DNA of 64,000 bases, from the NCBI GenBank assembly GCA_030674475.1, contig JAUSCZ010000017.1, positions 46,264-110,263 on the forward strand, given 5' to 3'. Position 1 is the stretch's first letter; each line of letters begins with the position of its first letter. Under the pieces are notes generated by a model. That model saw only the letters and a list, made by a program, of their open reading frames with translations. It did no database searches and was not told the origin of the DNA. The DNA is from Candidatus Omnitrophota bacterium. Its GTDB lineage: Bacteria; Omnitrophota; Gorgyraeia; Gygaellales; UBA12090. This document shows positions 1-10,585 of the stretch, piece after piece. The translations under genes were made by a program, and so were the position numbers.

Positions 1-1228
1 CATGCACCCCATAGGGAACAAAATCCACCCATGATACGTCCTTATAATCATCTCCGAAATGGTCCTTAAATATTTCTGTTCCAGGATACGGAACAAGCTT
101 ATTAAAAAAAGCCAAGGTCGGAGAAATACGACAAGCAAAATCAATAGTTTTATTTATAGTTTCTTTAGTGTCTCCTTTATTGCCAAATATAAAATATGCC
201 TGCGTTCTTAATCCTCCTTTTTTAGCAAGGCCTATCGCGCGCTCAATCTGCTTTATACTATTGGCTTTCCTCATATTTTTGAGAACCACTTCATCTGCGG
301 ACTCTACGCCAAAACCTACACAATAACAGCCGGCCTGCCGCATTAAAGAAAACAATTCGGCATCCACTTTTGCCACCTGGGAAAATGCAAACCATTCTAT
401 CTTTAATTTTGCATTAATAATTTTACGACATGTTTCTTTCGCTCTATTTATATCAAATGTAAAGGTATCATCCTGGATTAAAATATGATTAATTCCATAT
501 TCTTCAACAAGTTGCTTTATCTCTTTCAGAACATTATCCGGACTTCTGGCGCGAAACTTTCCGCCCAAGGTAAGCTTTGACGCACAAAAAGTGCACATAA
601 AAGGACAGCCTCTACTAGTAATTATTGTTGCCGTTTTTCCTTTACGAAAATTAAAAGTATGCGGCCTATAGAGCGTTAAATCTACCAAATCTCGAGCAGG
701 AAACGGCAAACTATCTAAATCTTGAATAGCCTCTCGCGGAGATGTCCTAAATGGCTTATTTTCCTTAAGAAAACAAATTCCTTTGATATTATCTAACGCT
801 TTTATATTTCCCTCTAAGAAGCGGCACAACTCAAGCATGGTAAATTCTCCCTCGCCGATGCAGGTAACATCAAAAGATTGAGGATACTTTTCTAAGATAT
901 ACTCCGGCAAAGAAGAAGCATGTATTCCGCCTAAGGCAATAAAAATATTCATATTTTCTTTAATCAACTTTGCTATCTTAAGGGCATTTTTAAAATCAGG
1001 CGTAGTCGCGCTCATACCCACGAGATCAGGATTAAATAATTTAACCTTCTCCAGAATATCCTGAGAGCTAAAACCCTGCACTTCCGGGTCTAGTATAGAT
1101 ACGACATGTCCATTCTCTCTTAAAAAAGCGGCAATATAACCTAACCCTAAAAGAAAATAATTACCCGCGGCTAATTTCATCGGCCCATAGACGTCTCGAT
1201 ACGGCGCTTTTATTAATAAAACTCTCAT
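1..1228 (-). CDS. B12-binding radical SAM protein (partial; C-terminus runs off window start)
   Basis: Minus-strand translation from ATG (cat at 1226-1228) gives MRVLLIKAPYRDVYGPMKLAAGNYFLLGLGYIAAFLRENGHVV... with an N-terminal B12-binding-like domain and an rSAM cysteine motif, TSRGCPFMCTFC. The ATGA overlap with the stop of the downstream GT2 gene supports operon packing. Not in the ORF track because it is truncated by the window edge. Confidence 0.8.
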   Translation of the reverse strand, partial: MRVLLIKAPYRDVYGPMKLAAGNYFLLGLGYIAAFLRENGHVVSILDPEVQGFSSQDILEKVKLFNPDLVGMSATTPDFKNALKIAKLIKENMNIFIALGGIHASSLPEYILEKYPQSFDVTCIGEGEFTMLELCRFLEGNIKALDNIKGICFLKENKPFRTSPREAIQDLDSLPFPARDLVDLTLYRPHTFNFRKGKTATIITSRGCPFMCTFCASKLTLGGKFRARSPDNVLKEIKQLVEEYGINHILIQDDTFTFDINRAKETCRKIINAKLKIEWFAFSQVAKVDAELFSLMRQAGCYCVGFGVESADEVVLKNMRKANSIKQIERAIGLAKKGGLRTQAYFIFGNKGDTKETINKTIDFACRISPTLAFFNKLVPYPGTEIFKDHFGDDYKDVSWVDFVPYGVH

Positions 1229-1908
1229 CTAAACTTACACCTCAATATAGCCAATAAAGAAGTTATTCCTACTGTCCAATGCAACTTCTTGCCTTCCTGG
1301 TAATTTCTGGGATTATAGGTTATAGGAATCTCTAAAATCTTAAATCTATTCTTAAGAATAGAGGCCGTAAGTTCAGCGTCGAAATCAAATCCAGAACATC
1401 TAAATTGCATATTTTTTATTATTTCAGACTTAAAAACCTTATAGCATGTTTCTATGTCAGTAAGGCGACAGCTAAATAAAATATTCGCTGCCGTCGTTAC
1501 CAGCCTATTGCCTAAGTAACTGATAATATTTGTCTTTCCCCTTCCCCGCAGAAATCTTGAACCGTAAACCACGCTAGCCCTGCCTTCTAAAACCGGCTTT
1601 AACAAAAACGGATAGTCTGCCGGATTTATTTCCAAATCCGCGTCTTGAATTAAAATTATATCTCCGCAAGCTAAAGCAAATCCGGACCTTAAAGCATACC
1701 CCTTGCCATTTCTTTTTTCTTCAAAAAATATTTTTATATCTGTCCGGCGTATTCCTCTTAAGATTTCTCTTGTCCCGTCGGTAGAACAACCGTCAACTAT
1801 AATTATCTCTTTCTTAATTCCTATATCTACCCTATCAATTTTATCCAAGACTTGAAGTAGACTATCTTTTTCATTATAAACCGCCATAACTATTGAAAGT
1901 GTGAACAT
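1225..1908 (-). CDS. Family 2 glycosyltransferase (polyprenyl-phosphate sugar transferase-like)
   Basis: MAVYNEKD...IIIVDGCSTDGT...LIQDADLE motifs are typical of GT2 (DPM1-like). Confidence 0.8.
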   Translation of the reverse strand: MFTLSIVMAVYNEKDSLLQVLDKIDRVDIGIKKEIIIVDGCSTDGTREILRGIRRTDIKIFFEEKRNGKGYALRSGFALACGDIILIQDADLEINPADYPFLLKPVLEGRASVVYGSRFLRGRGKTNIISYLGNRLVTTAANILFSCRLTDIETCYKVFKSEIIKNMQFRCSGFDFDAELTASILKNRFKILEIPITYNPRNYQEGKKLHWTVGITSLLAILRCKFR

Positions 1909-1932
1909 TTTTTCTAATATTTATTTCTATAA

Positions 1933-2646
1933 TTACCAAATAATCCTTTTACGGATATATTTATTATTATGCAATTCTTCAAAATGCTGTAATTGCTCCA
2001 GTCCCAGCCAATATTCCTTTATAAGATAGGCGCCTATTGGCTGATTTTTCAATAATAATTTATTTATCAAGTTAGGCATAGTGAAGAATGTATTAGGTGG
2101 CACCTCTTTGATCACGCTTGCTTTAATTATATAAATACCAGCATTTATAATGTTAACTGATACCGGTTTTTCCGTAATTGCCTTAACTACTCCATTTTTA
2201 CTATCAATAAACCCGTAGGGCTTCTCTTCTTTAATCCGCTTAACTCCGATAGTAATCTCATTTTTCTTTCTCTTGTGATAATCCAGCATCTTTAGAAAAT
2301 TCAAATTAGTGAATATATCCCCATTCATTAAAAGGAATGACTCGTCTTTCTTGAATTTTACTTTTTCTTTCAAACACCCCAATGGACCTGCCGTGCCGGA
2401 AGGCTTACTCTCTTCTAAATAAATAATACGCACTCCGTATTGAGAACCATCGCCGCAATACGTCTGAAGCATTTTAGACTTATATCCTACCGCTAACACG
2501 AATTCCCTAAAACCGTTTTTTTTCAATTGGGTTATTATGATTTCTATTATGGGCTTTTCTCCAATAGGCAAAAGCGGTTTTGGTATAGAAAACGTGAATG
2601 GCCTTAATCTTATTCCCATTCCTCCTGCTAATATAACAGCTTTCAT
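1933..2646 (-). CDS. Sugar-phosphate nucleotidyltransferase
   Basis: N-terminal MKAVILAGGMGIRLRPFT...PKPLLPI is the NTP_transferase signature. Ends with TAA. Confidence 0.75.
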   Translation of the reverse strand: MKAVILAGGMGIRLRPFTFSIPKPLLPIGEKPIIEIIITQLKKNGFREFVLAVGYKSKMLQTYCGDGSQYGVRIIYLEESKPSGTAGPLGCLKEKVKFKKDESFLLMNGDIFTNLNFLKMLDYHKRKKNEITIGVKRIKEEKPYGFIDSKNGVVKAITEKPVSVNIINAGIYIIKASVIKEVPPNTFFTMPNLINKLLLKNQPIGAYLIKEYWLGLEQLQHFEELHNNKYIRKRIIW

Positions 2647-3317
2647 TTCTCTACTTTACAGGCTACGAGGTAATTTCCCGGCACAATGAAGCTCCCCATT
2701 TTATATACTTTTTCAATCCTAAAACCACAAGAATAGAGTAATTTATTTATCATTGACCGCGTATAATAGAAATTCGGGCATTTTCTTTTAGCCAGCCAAA
2801 TCATTCTCAGGGGAGTCATTAATGTCCATTTCACAGGAAAAGAAATTATAGCCCTGCCATTAAGGACATTGCGAATCTTAGACAAAAAGGCTTTTGGTTC
2901 ATATATATAGTCAAATATCCCACAAGCAATAACAATATCAAATCGTTTCTCGAAGTTTTTTTTCATGAAATCTGCCATTTCGAATTCGCATAACTTGCTT
3001 AAACCTAAAGCGTCTGCCTTTCTTTGAGCTATTTCAATCATTGAGGCAGACATATCTACGCCTAATACTGACTCCGGTTTTTTTTGGGCCAGATCTACAA
3101 CATATCTTCCTGGGCCGCAACCGATATCAAGGATATTCTTACCTTCTACATTCCCGCATAAATCTATGGTTAATTTCCTGCGTTTTTCCAGTATTGCGTT
3201 GCGAAAAGTAATATCTATAAGCTTATAAAGCCAAAAATCCTGCCCTCCTTCATATACGGCCTCAAAATCAGAAGAAACGCTTTCAAAGTGTTCTAAAACT
3301 TTATCCTCTGCCTCCAA
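2643..3317 (-). CDS. Class I SAM-dependent methyltransferase
   Basis: Motif I ILDIGCGPGRY and acidic post-I residue; 4-nt overlap with neighbours. Confidence 0.75.
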   Translation of the reverse strand: MEAEDKVLEHFESVSSDFEAVYEGGQDFWLYKLIDITFRNAILEKRRKLTIDLCGNVEGKNILDIGCGPGRYVVDLAQKKPESVLGVDMSASMIEIAQRKADALGLSKLCEFEMADFMKKNFEKRFDIVIACGIFDYIYEPKAFLSKIRNVLNGRAIISFPVKWTLMTPLRMIWLAKRKCPNFYYTRSMINKLLYSCGFRIEKVYKMGSFIVPGNYLVACKVEK

Positions 3318-4128
3318 AGAGCACCTCCTCTATGCTTGTAAAATAAAAATCTTTCACCAGTTGCTTAAATTTATCTTCCATCCCATTTATGTTATAATTA
3401 TGGATTATTCTCCATTTTAACTTCATGGATATTTTTGGCTTACCTACATCAATTTCCCAGGGGTGCATATATATAACCGCCGGAATCATCTTTTTATTAA
3501 TATATTTAAGGCCTGATTTGGTAATAAAATACGGCAACGCGCGAAGATAAAATCCACCGCATATGGGCAATCTAAAGCCAAAGATATTTAATACCGAAAG
3601 CGGAAATTCCAATATACCCTTACTTCCCGCTTTATAAATTCTCCTGGGCGCGTCGGGTATCCCATACAAAAAATTCTTCACTGGGAAAATACTCGAATCA
3701 TATTCAAACCCCAGATCAACTAATACATCCAAGGCCCACAGGCAATCTTTTCTAATTGAGAAAAACGGCGCGCGATAGCCTTTTATCTTAGTTTTTGTTA
3801 TTGACTCGATTATGTTCTTGGAACGCAAAACATCATCATAAAATTCATCTTGTGTCTGCGCGTATACAAGACGATGGGAATAACCATGGCTGGCTATTTC
3901 ATGGCCTGCCTGCGCAATCCTGCTTACCAATTTCGGATATTTTTCTGCAACGTAACCCAAAATGAAAAAAGTAGCTTTGGCCCGCGCTGAAGACAATAAT
4001 GCCAGTATTTTTTCTACATTTTGGATTAGGCGGCTTTCATAATTATGCCAATTACTCTGGTCGATCTGCAAAATTCCCTGATACCAATCTTCGATATCTA
4101 AGGATAAAGCGTTTTTTATTCCTGGCAT
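3301..4128 (-). CDS. Polysaccharide deacetylase family protein (DUF3473-type / NodB-like)
   Basis: N-terminus ALSLDIEDWYQ and an HGYSH motif resemble the EPS-locus-associated polysaccharide deacetylase family. Confidence 0.6.
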   Translation of the reverse strand: MPGIKNALSLDIEDWYQGILQIDQSNWHNYESRLIQNVEKILALLSSARAKATFFILGYVAEKYPKLVSRIAQAGHEIASHGYSHRLVYAQTQDEFYDDVLRSKNIIESITKTKIKGYRAPFFSIRKDCLWALDVLVDLGFEYDSSIFPVKNFLYGIPDAPRRIYKAGSKGILEFPLSVLNIFGFRLPICGGFYLRALPYFITKSGLKYINKKMIPAVIYMHPWEIDVGKPKISMKLKWRIIHNYNINGMEDKFKQLVKDFYFTSIEEVLFGGRG

Positions 4129-4142
4129 AAATTTAACTTTTC

Positions 4143-5132
4143 CTATATCGCATATTCTTTAGGATTATAAAGCCGCGGATTATCGCGAATAAAATCTACG
4201 GTTATTCTCAGCCCCTGTTGGAATGTATAATTAGGCCTCCAGTTTAATAGTTTGACAGCTTTTGAATTATCGGCCTTCAATCTTACTACTTCGCTTTTCG
4301 AAGGCCGGATACGCTTTGTCTGCTGTATCACTTTTAACTTCCTGCCAACAACCTCACCAATGATACCAACCGCATCACCTATGGAATAATCGCTGCCTGT
4401 ACCAATATTTATAACATTGCCTACGGATTTATCTGATTCGCATACTTTAATAAATCCTTCGACTGTATCCTTTACGAATGTAAAATCCCTGCGCGGGGCA
4501 AGAGAGCCAAGCTTAACATTATCGCCCTTTAACGCCTGGCATATTATGGCGGGAATTACCGCCCGCGCCGACTGCCTGGGCCCATAAGTATTAAAGGGCC
4601 TGATTATGGCCACCGGAAAAGAAAAACTGTAAAAAAAACTTAAGGCGATGGAATCGGCCGCTATTTTACTTGCTGAATAAGGAGATTGCGGTTTTAATCT
4701 GTCTGTCTCTTTTATGGGGACATTATCCGGAGAGCCATACACCTCGCTGGTAGATGTCTGTATAAACTTCTTTACCCCTAAATCTCTTGCTACCGTAAGC
4801 ATGTTTAATGTTCCTACCATATTAGTCATTACCACTTCATGCGGATTTAAATAAGAATAGGGAATCCCAACCAAGGCGGCCAAATTAAACACAGCATCTG
4901 TTCCCTGCATAGCCTTAGCCAGAATGTCCATTTCCCGAATATCGCCAAAATAAATTTCAATATTATCTTTTATCCTTTTGTCTAGAAAGTCAAGATTACC
5001 GAGATTATGGGTGGAATTATACCTAACCAATGCTTTAACTTTGGCGCCCTTCTTAACAAGATCCTCTATCAAATGGCTGCCTATAAATCCTGCCGCCCCC
5101 GTTACTAATACATTTTTATTCTTCAACTGCAT
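4143..5132 (-). CDS. NAD-dependent epimerase/dehydratase (extended SDR)
   Basis: VLVTGAAGFIGSHL Rossmann motif and YSASK catalytic motif. Confidence 0.8.
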   Translation of the reverse strand: MQLKNKNVLVTGAAGFIGSHLIEDLVKKGAKVKALVRYNSTHNLGNLDFLDKRIKDNIEIYFGDIREMDILAKAMQGTDAVFNLAALVGIPYSYLNPHEVVMTNMVGTLNMLTVARDLGVKKFIQTSTSEVYGSPDNVPIKETDRLKPQSPYSASKIAADSIALSFFYSFSFPVAIIRPFNTYGPRQSARAVIPAIICQALKGDNVKLGSLAPRRDFTFVKDTVEGFIKVCESDKSVGNVINIGTGSDYSIGDAVGIIGEVVGRKLKVIQQTKRIRPSKSEVVRLKADNSKAVKLLNWRPNYTFQQGLRITVDFIRDNPRLYNPKEYAI

Positions 5133-5155
5133 AGCTATACCCCTCTTTTAAGAAA

Positions 5156-6457
5156 TCACCATATTCCGATTTTTTCCGCCATAGCCTTGAAAAATAACTT
5201 TGAATAACCAGAGTTTACGTATAGTAATAAATTAAAAATATACCAGGAAGACAATACAAATGTCACGCCTAATTTAAAATAGTTATTATATAAGTAATTT
5301 ATATATAACGCCATAAAAATTATCAGATACGGCTCAATAGGCAGTCTCGTCCTGGGAACACCCATGATTAATACGGTAATCAATAAAAAATAAATAAACG
5401 GCAAAAGCGGTATTAATGAGAGCCGTGAATATTTTTTACGAAAGGCCAAGGCAATGCCTAAAAAAGACAAAGGAAGCATAAAGGCCGCGGAAAAATTGTA
5501 TGCCCCCTGTTGTCTGAAAGCCACCCAATCAAACACACTGAAAAAATACATAAGTTTTAGCGGAATATATTTATAAAGCTTTGAAGGATCATTCTTGATG
5601 GAAATTAATGTGTGCTTTAATAAAAAATTATTGTATTCCACCTCCGGCTTCCTGGATGCCTCAAGGGTTATATCATCATGGACAGATTTATCCAGCAACT
5701 TGCCTTGCGGAGGGTTATAGGCCGCATAAAGCACTACGCCCGACTCTGTGGCCAAAGGTATGAATTTTTTAAATACAATATAATTTCGCGCTGTCCATAA
5801 AGACATTGGGGTAATAAAGAATAAAAATATGTAAATGATAATTTTACGCAGTTCTTTATATTTTAAAACTAAATGCTTTTTTGTAAAAAATAAATAAATA
5901 ACTGCCATGAATACAAAAAGGAAATAAGCGGAGCGCGTGAGCGTTGCCAAAGCACAGGTCAGTCCGAACATAGCGGCATTGTAACGGGAAGGCCCTTGGC
6001 ATAACTTTAGAAAAAAGAGGATATTTAAAGACAGCCAGAATGTAAACAAATTCTCCGAAAGGATTAATATGCCGTATCTGATAAAAAAATGGTGCAAAGC
6101 CATAAGAATAAAAGCAATAAATGCCACCTGTTTGCCGAAGATTTTCTTGGAAATAAAATATATTATTAAAGCGGTAAATGAACCTAACAGTGCCTCTATG
6201 ATTTTTACGACAAGATAACTATGCCCGAATAAAAAATATACTCCGGATAAAAACATAGGGAATAAAGGCGTTGTATAAGCCGTGGGGTGGCCGTCTTGCG
6301 CACAAAAACCGTTCCCGCTCAATATGGATAAAGCCATTTTGTCATAAATAAGCTCGTCGCCATCAAGCGGCCCGATAGATAGAAAAATAAAAATAAGCCT
6401 TATTAAAAAGGCCAAAACGAAAATAATAATCAATGCCTTGCGCTCTTTCAACATCAT
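5156..6457 (-). CDS. GT-C fold membrane glycosyltransferase (ArnT/PMT-like, GT39/GT83-type)
   Basis: About 12 predicted TM helices, with an N-terminal DGDELIYD-like loop typical of ArnT/PMT_2 proteins. Confidence 0.55.
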   Translation of the reverse strand: MMLKERKALIIIFVLAFLIRLIFIFLSIGPLDGDELIYDKMALSILSGNGFCAQDGHPTAYTTPLFPMFLSGVYFLFGHSYLVVKIIEALLGSFTALIIYFISKKIFGKQVAFIAFILMALHHFFIRYGILILSENLFTFWLSLNILFFLKLCQGPSRYNAAMFGLTCALATLTRSAYFLFVFMAVIYLFFTKKHLVLKYKELRKIIIYIFLFFITPMSLWTARNYIVFKKFIPLATESGVVLYAAYNPPQGKLLDKSVHDDITLEASRKPEVEYNNFLLKHTLISIKNDPSKLYKYIPLKLMYFFSVFDWVAFRQQGAYNFSAAFMLPLSFLGIALAFRKKYSRLSLIPLLPFIYFLLITVLIMGVPRTRLPIEPYLIIFMALYINYLYNNYFKLGVTFVLSSWYIFNLLLYVNSGYSKLFFKAMAEKIGIW

Positions 6458-6475
6458 CTCCTTGGCGATGCTTTA

Positions 6476-7549
6476 TTATGAACTCAAAAAAACTGCCAGC
6501 TTAGGGCTATTGGCATTATAGGAATAAAGCTTTTCTGCTTTCTCCCTGGCATTCTTGCCCATTCTTTCTCTGAGTTTTTTGTCCTTAATTAATATGGAAA
6601 GCTTCTCTATCCATTCCTTTTGCGTCTGGGCCAAAAAACCGGTCAGGCCATCTTCAATAATCTCTTTATTTATGCCTACCGGGGATGCCACAGAAGGGAT
6701 ACCCACAGCCATATATTGAAGCAATTTATACCCGCCTTTGCCGAGGGACCACTCATCGTCACTTAGAGGCATTACCCCTATATCCATACCTTGGAGAGTT
6801 TCCAATTCCCGCTCAAGGATCCACTGGCTAAAATAAATGTTTTTTCCCCAATCCTCTTTGCGAACCTGTGCCCCTATAAGCTTAACGCTCAAATCAACGT
6901 TGCTGTCAGTCAAAACCTTAAATACCTCCTTAAGCGATTCTATATATTTAGTAGAACCAGCGGAACCTATCCATCCGATAACTACTTTTGCGCCATTATC
7001 TTTTTTAAAAGATATGGGCACTAAACGTTGGGTATCTACGGGCGTAGGCAGAACATCTGTATTTTTGTTTATCGCGTAAGATATATTTTTTAGCGCGTTA
7101 TTTGATACTATAACGCGATCAGAAAATGACAAAGTATATTTAAACCGCCTGCCGAATTTTTTTTTATTAAAAATTTGCCTTTTACATGAATCAGCCAGAT
7201 ATATGGCATCATCAAAATCAAAGATAATCTTTTTAGCGAATCGCTTCAAAAACTTTAAAAATAACACCGGGAACAAAACTCTCTGTATAAAAATCACGTC
7301 GTATCCGGCGGCTGTGGACAGATAAAACAAACATTTATAAAATTGATTTATCTTATTAATAATTCTGCCGGTAAAGCCTTTCCTTCTCTCTAAAACGTTA
7401 TCCTGGCAGTCAAGCCGTGTATTATAAGGAATAATCTTTACGCTGAATCCGTCTTTTTCAAGAAAAGGTCTATAATTGTAAACTCTCGTTCTTGAGCTTG
7501 CGGTAATTTCCGTGCCTGTTGTTATAAACAAAACTTTATTATTTGTCAC
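6476..7549 (-). CDS. Glycosyltransferase family 4 (GT-B)
   Basis: C-terminal EGFGLxxLEAMAxG-like region (GGYKLLQYMAVGIPSVASPVG...EDGLTGFL). Confidence 0.75.
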   Translation of the reverse strand: MTNNKVLFITTGTEITASSRTRVYNYRPFLEKDGFSVKIIPYNTRLDCQDNVLERRKGFTGRIINKINQFYKCLFYLSTAAGYDVIFIQRVLFPVLFLKFLKRFAKKIIFDFDDAIYLADSCKRQIFNKKKFGRRFKYTLSFSDRVIVSNNALKNISYAINKNTDVLPTPVDTQRLVPISFKKDNGAKVVIGWIGSAGSTKYIESLKEVFKVLTDSNVDLSVKLIGAQVRKEDWGKNIYFSQWILERELETLQGMDIGVMPLSDDEWSLGKGGYKLLQYMAVGIPSVASPVGINKEIIEDGLTGFLAQTQKEWIEKLSILIKDKKLRERMGKNAREKAEKLYSYNANSPKLAVFLSS

Positions 7550-7621
7550 TTTATGGCTTCCAAGGTAACAGTCATCGCGCCAGCCGCGTTTATAAGACGG
7601 CGGCGTATATATTTTTTAGAC

Positions 7622-9124
7622 TCACTCATTGCCTTCGCCTTTAACATAAGATTCTTTTATTAATGATAATACGGACGTCTTCTTATTTACATATATAACA
7701 AGGGGAATACATGCCAAAATAAAAAATATACCTTTTAAAAATACCACATAACAATCATGCGTTAAATTATTACCCTTACTCGCAATGAATACTCTAAGAG
7801 ACATTAAAACAATAACTACCCACAAAAACGGAAAGTATAATTGAAAGAAAAATTTTATATGCGCGAATATATTTTTCGTGTAGTGGCTAAAGGCATAAGA
7901 CATAAGCAATGTGGTATATAAAAAATAAGTGATAGATGTCGCGATCGCGGCTCCGATAATGCCTAAATGAAATATTTTGATAAAAATATAATTAAGAGGA
8001 AAACCCAAACAAATACCAATAACCCCTATGACCACCATATAAATTTGTTTATTTAAAGCAATCAATAAATAGGCAGGCATATTTACCAGCGCTAAAAATG
8101 ATGAGCCCAGAAGCAAAAGATAAGCCGGCGCTATCCCTGGCTTATAAGCCGGCAACATATAATTTATAAGCAAAGGAAGGGCCAGGATAGCAAAACCTAT
8201 CAGAATAGGGAAAAAATAGGCAAACACCAATGTCGGATTAATAAATAATTCCTTTATTTTATGTATACTTTGCTTCTCCCCGTAAGCCTGATAAAATCTG
8301 GGAAAAATAACCGCATAAATTAAATTCGGCACCTGAACGGCATAAACGCTAGCCATTAAAGCAATAGTGTAAAACCCGAGGCTTTCCCTATCCAATAACC
8401 TGATAATCATAATTCTATCCACATTTCTCAAGGTCAGGTAAATAAAACCCATTATAAAGATTGGAAAACCTATCTTAAGTAAACGGATGATTTCCTGATA
8501 AGGAAAATAAAGAATAAATCTCAAGTCTTGCCTGCTGGCCCTATAAAAATAAACCAGCCCCATCCCGAACGACAGTACGCTGGCCCAGAGAAGCCCAAAT
8601 AAACCGAATTTAATCGTCAAAAAAATCTTTATGCCTATATCAAAAATAGCGACCAATATAGTGTTTATGCTAATTACGGAAAAATTATGCTTTGCCCGGT
8701 TTAAAACAGTATAAAAAGAATTCAACAATTGCAACGCGACCATAAACATTACCACATATAATCCAGACGCGAACATAACATCGCCTTTAAATCGCAGCAC
8801 AATAGACGCGATAAATAAAACGATACTTATAAAAACAGAGATTATTATGCAAAAGCTAAACCCTATGTTCCGCAGCAGCTTAACCTTATCATAATTTTTA
8901 GTGCCGTAAAGATAGGGGAGCTCTCTATCCAATGAATCAATTATTCCAAAATGTGAATATCTCGCGTAATCAAAAACTAACAGTATCTCATTAAAAAGCC
9001 CCATTGCGGCGGGGCGTAAAATATGACGCACCGCGACACCGGTAATAAAATTCAGGATATTCGCGAAAATATTACTTGTAGAATAAAAAACCGCGTCCCT
9101 GAAGAATTTTCTTGTTTTTCCCAT
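7622..9124 (-). CDS. Wzx-like polysaccharide flippase (MOP superfamily)
   Basis: 500 aa, about 12-14 TM helices, with typical polysaccharide biosynthesis protein topology. Confidence 0.65.
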   Translation of the reverse strand: MGKTRKFFRDAVFYSTSNIFANILNFITGVAVRHILRPAAMGLFNEILLVFDYARYSHFGIIDSLDRELPYLYGTKNYDKVKLLRNIGFSFCIIISVFISIVLFIASIVLRFKGDVMFASGLYVVMFMVALQLLNSFYTVLNRAKHNFSVISINTILVAIFDIGIKIFLTIKFGLFGLLWASVLSFGMGLVYFYRASRQDLRFILYFPYQEIIRLLKIGFPIFIMGFIYLTLRNVDRIMIIRLLDRESLGFYTIALMASVYAVQVPNLIYAVIFPRFYQAYGEKQSIHKIKELFINPTLVFAYFFPILIGFAILALPLLINYMLPAYKPGIAPAYLLLLGSSFLALVNMPAYLLIALNKQIYMVVIGVIGICLGFPLNYIFIKIFHLGIIGAAIATSITYFLYTTLLMSYAFSHYTKNIFAHIKFFFQLYFPFLWVVIVLMSLRVFIASKGNNLTHDCYVVFLKGIFFILACIPLVIYVNKKTSVLSLIKESYVKGEGNE

Positions 9125-9134
9125 TTTTAATTGC

Positions 9135-10565
9135 CTATTTACTTCTGGCGAGCATTTTTGAAGAGAGCATCCCTACCGTAGATATGAACCCTTCTTCTCT
9201 TAGATGCTGTTTTACCATAACATATCTTCTTTGCCAATTCTCCACAAATTCAGAAATACAAAACATAATACCCAAATTCCGGCGCGCGGTCATCTCCGCT
9301 ATCTTTTTCATCTCTACTAATTCATTATCCGAGAAATCTGTCAAATTAACTAAAAATGTCGTCCGCATTTCACCTAAACTTTCTAAATACCTATCCTCGT
9401 CATGCCTAAGCCTGCCCATCGTCTTTGCGATAGAGTATAACTCTGTACCTGGATATGGCGTAGCATAGAAGAAACGATAAATAGGAAGGCGCGTCCTTTT
9501 TATAAAATCAAGCGTCTCTTTTATTGTTTCTTTCGTTTCTCCCGGCATACCGAAAATAAACGAACCGGATAATTTTATCCCTGCTTTACGCGTCATTTCT
9601 ATAGCTTCTTTTGCTTGCTTCACCAAAACGCGTTTTTTCATCCTGTCTAACGCTGTCTGCGCTCCGCTTTCAAAACCGTAACTAAGCTCAACGCAACCGG
9701 CCTTACGCATCTTCATAAGCAAACTCTCATTTACCAAATTTACCCTTCCGGAAGCAGACCATTTTATATTTATCTCTTGCGCCAACATCAAATCGCAAAA
9801 TTCCATCACTTTCTTTTCATTAATCAGAAACAGATCGTCTGAAAAATTTATGAAATTAACATTGAATCTGAGTTTTAACTGTTTGATTTCTTCAACGATG
9901 CTCTTTGCAGACCTTGAATACACGTTCCTCCCAAATGGATGAGAACAAAACGTACACTCATAAGGGCATCCCCTAACAGAAGATATGTTCATTTGACGCA
10001 GGCCAAAGCTAGTTGACGAAATAATTGAACCATTTAAATAAACTTCTACCGGAAATAAATCCCAGGCTGGAAAAGGAAGTTCATCCAAATTGGCTATCCT
10101 TTCTCTGCTGGAAGTCCTAACTATATTGCCGTTATCTTTATAAAAAATACCCCTGACATTCCTTAAGCTTCCATTGCATTTTATTGTATGCGCCAAATCC
10201 TTAACCGTCAGCTCCCCTTCGTCTATAACCGCTATATCAACATGGCTATTGGATAGCAATAATTCGGGATGAGCGGTTGAAACCATATTACCGGCTATTA
10301 TGCGGGAATTAGGTTTATATTCTTTAATCAGAGCCGCCAGCCACTTTACGTATTTATACGTAGAGCTCAAGCCCCCGATACCTGCAATGTCAAAATCGCT
10401 GTCCCGTACTACACGCTCAACTTCATCTTCAGAATAACCAAATCCATTAATATCTAAAACGCTTACGTCAAAACCATCCCCCCTAAGAACACTGGCTATA
10501 TAACCTAAGCCTATTGGAAATGTGGTCGGTAATCTGCATTTGGGATTAATTAGCAATATACGCAT
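9135..10565 (-). CDS. B12-binding radical SAM protein
   Basis: N-terminal B12-binding-like domain (MRILLINP...), rSAM cluster motif RGCPYECTFCSHP, and a C-terminal rSAM TIM barrel. Confidence 0.8.
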   Translation of the reverse strand: MRILLINPKCRLPTTFPIGLGYIASVLRGDGFDVSVLDINGFGYSEDEVERVVRDSDFDIAGIGGLSSTYKYVKWLAALIKEYKPNSRIIAGNMVSTAHPELLLSNSHVDIAVIDEGELTVKDLAHTIKCNGSLRNVRGIFYKDNGNIVRTSSRERIANLDELPFPAWDLFPVEVYLNGSIISSTSFGLRQMNISSVRGCPYECTFCSHPFGRNVYSRSAKSIVEEIKQLKLRFNVNFINFSDDLFLINEKKVMEFCDLMLAQEINIKWSASGRVNLVNESLLMKMRKAGCVELSYGFESGAQTALDRMKKRVLVKQAKEAIEMTRKAGIKLSGSFIFGMPGETKETIKETLDFIKRTRLPIYRFFYATPYPGTELYSIAKTMGRLRHDEDRYLESLGEMRTTFLVNLTDFSDNELVEMKKIAEMTARRNLGIMFCISEFVENWQRRYVMVKQHLREEGFISTVGMLSSKMLARSK

Positions 10566-10585
10566 ATGTCTATTTATAATAACTT

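Noticed and set aside
6791-7079. Plus-strand ORFs (6791-7024, 6837-7079 and the other plus-strand ORFs in the track such as 9112-9468, 14363-14722, 31204-31623, 32872-33411)
   Set aside because: All lie antisense within minus-strand genes that have strong family signatures. They are short, low-complexity and lack motifs. Treated as spurious.
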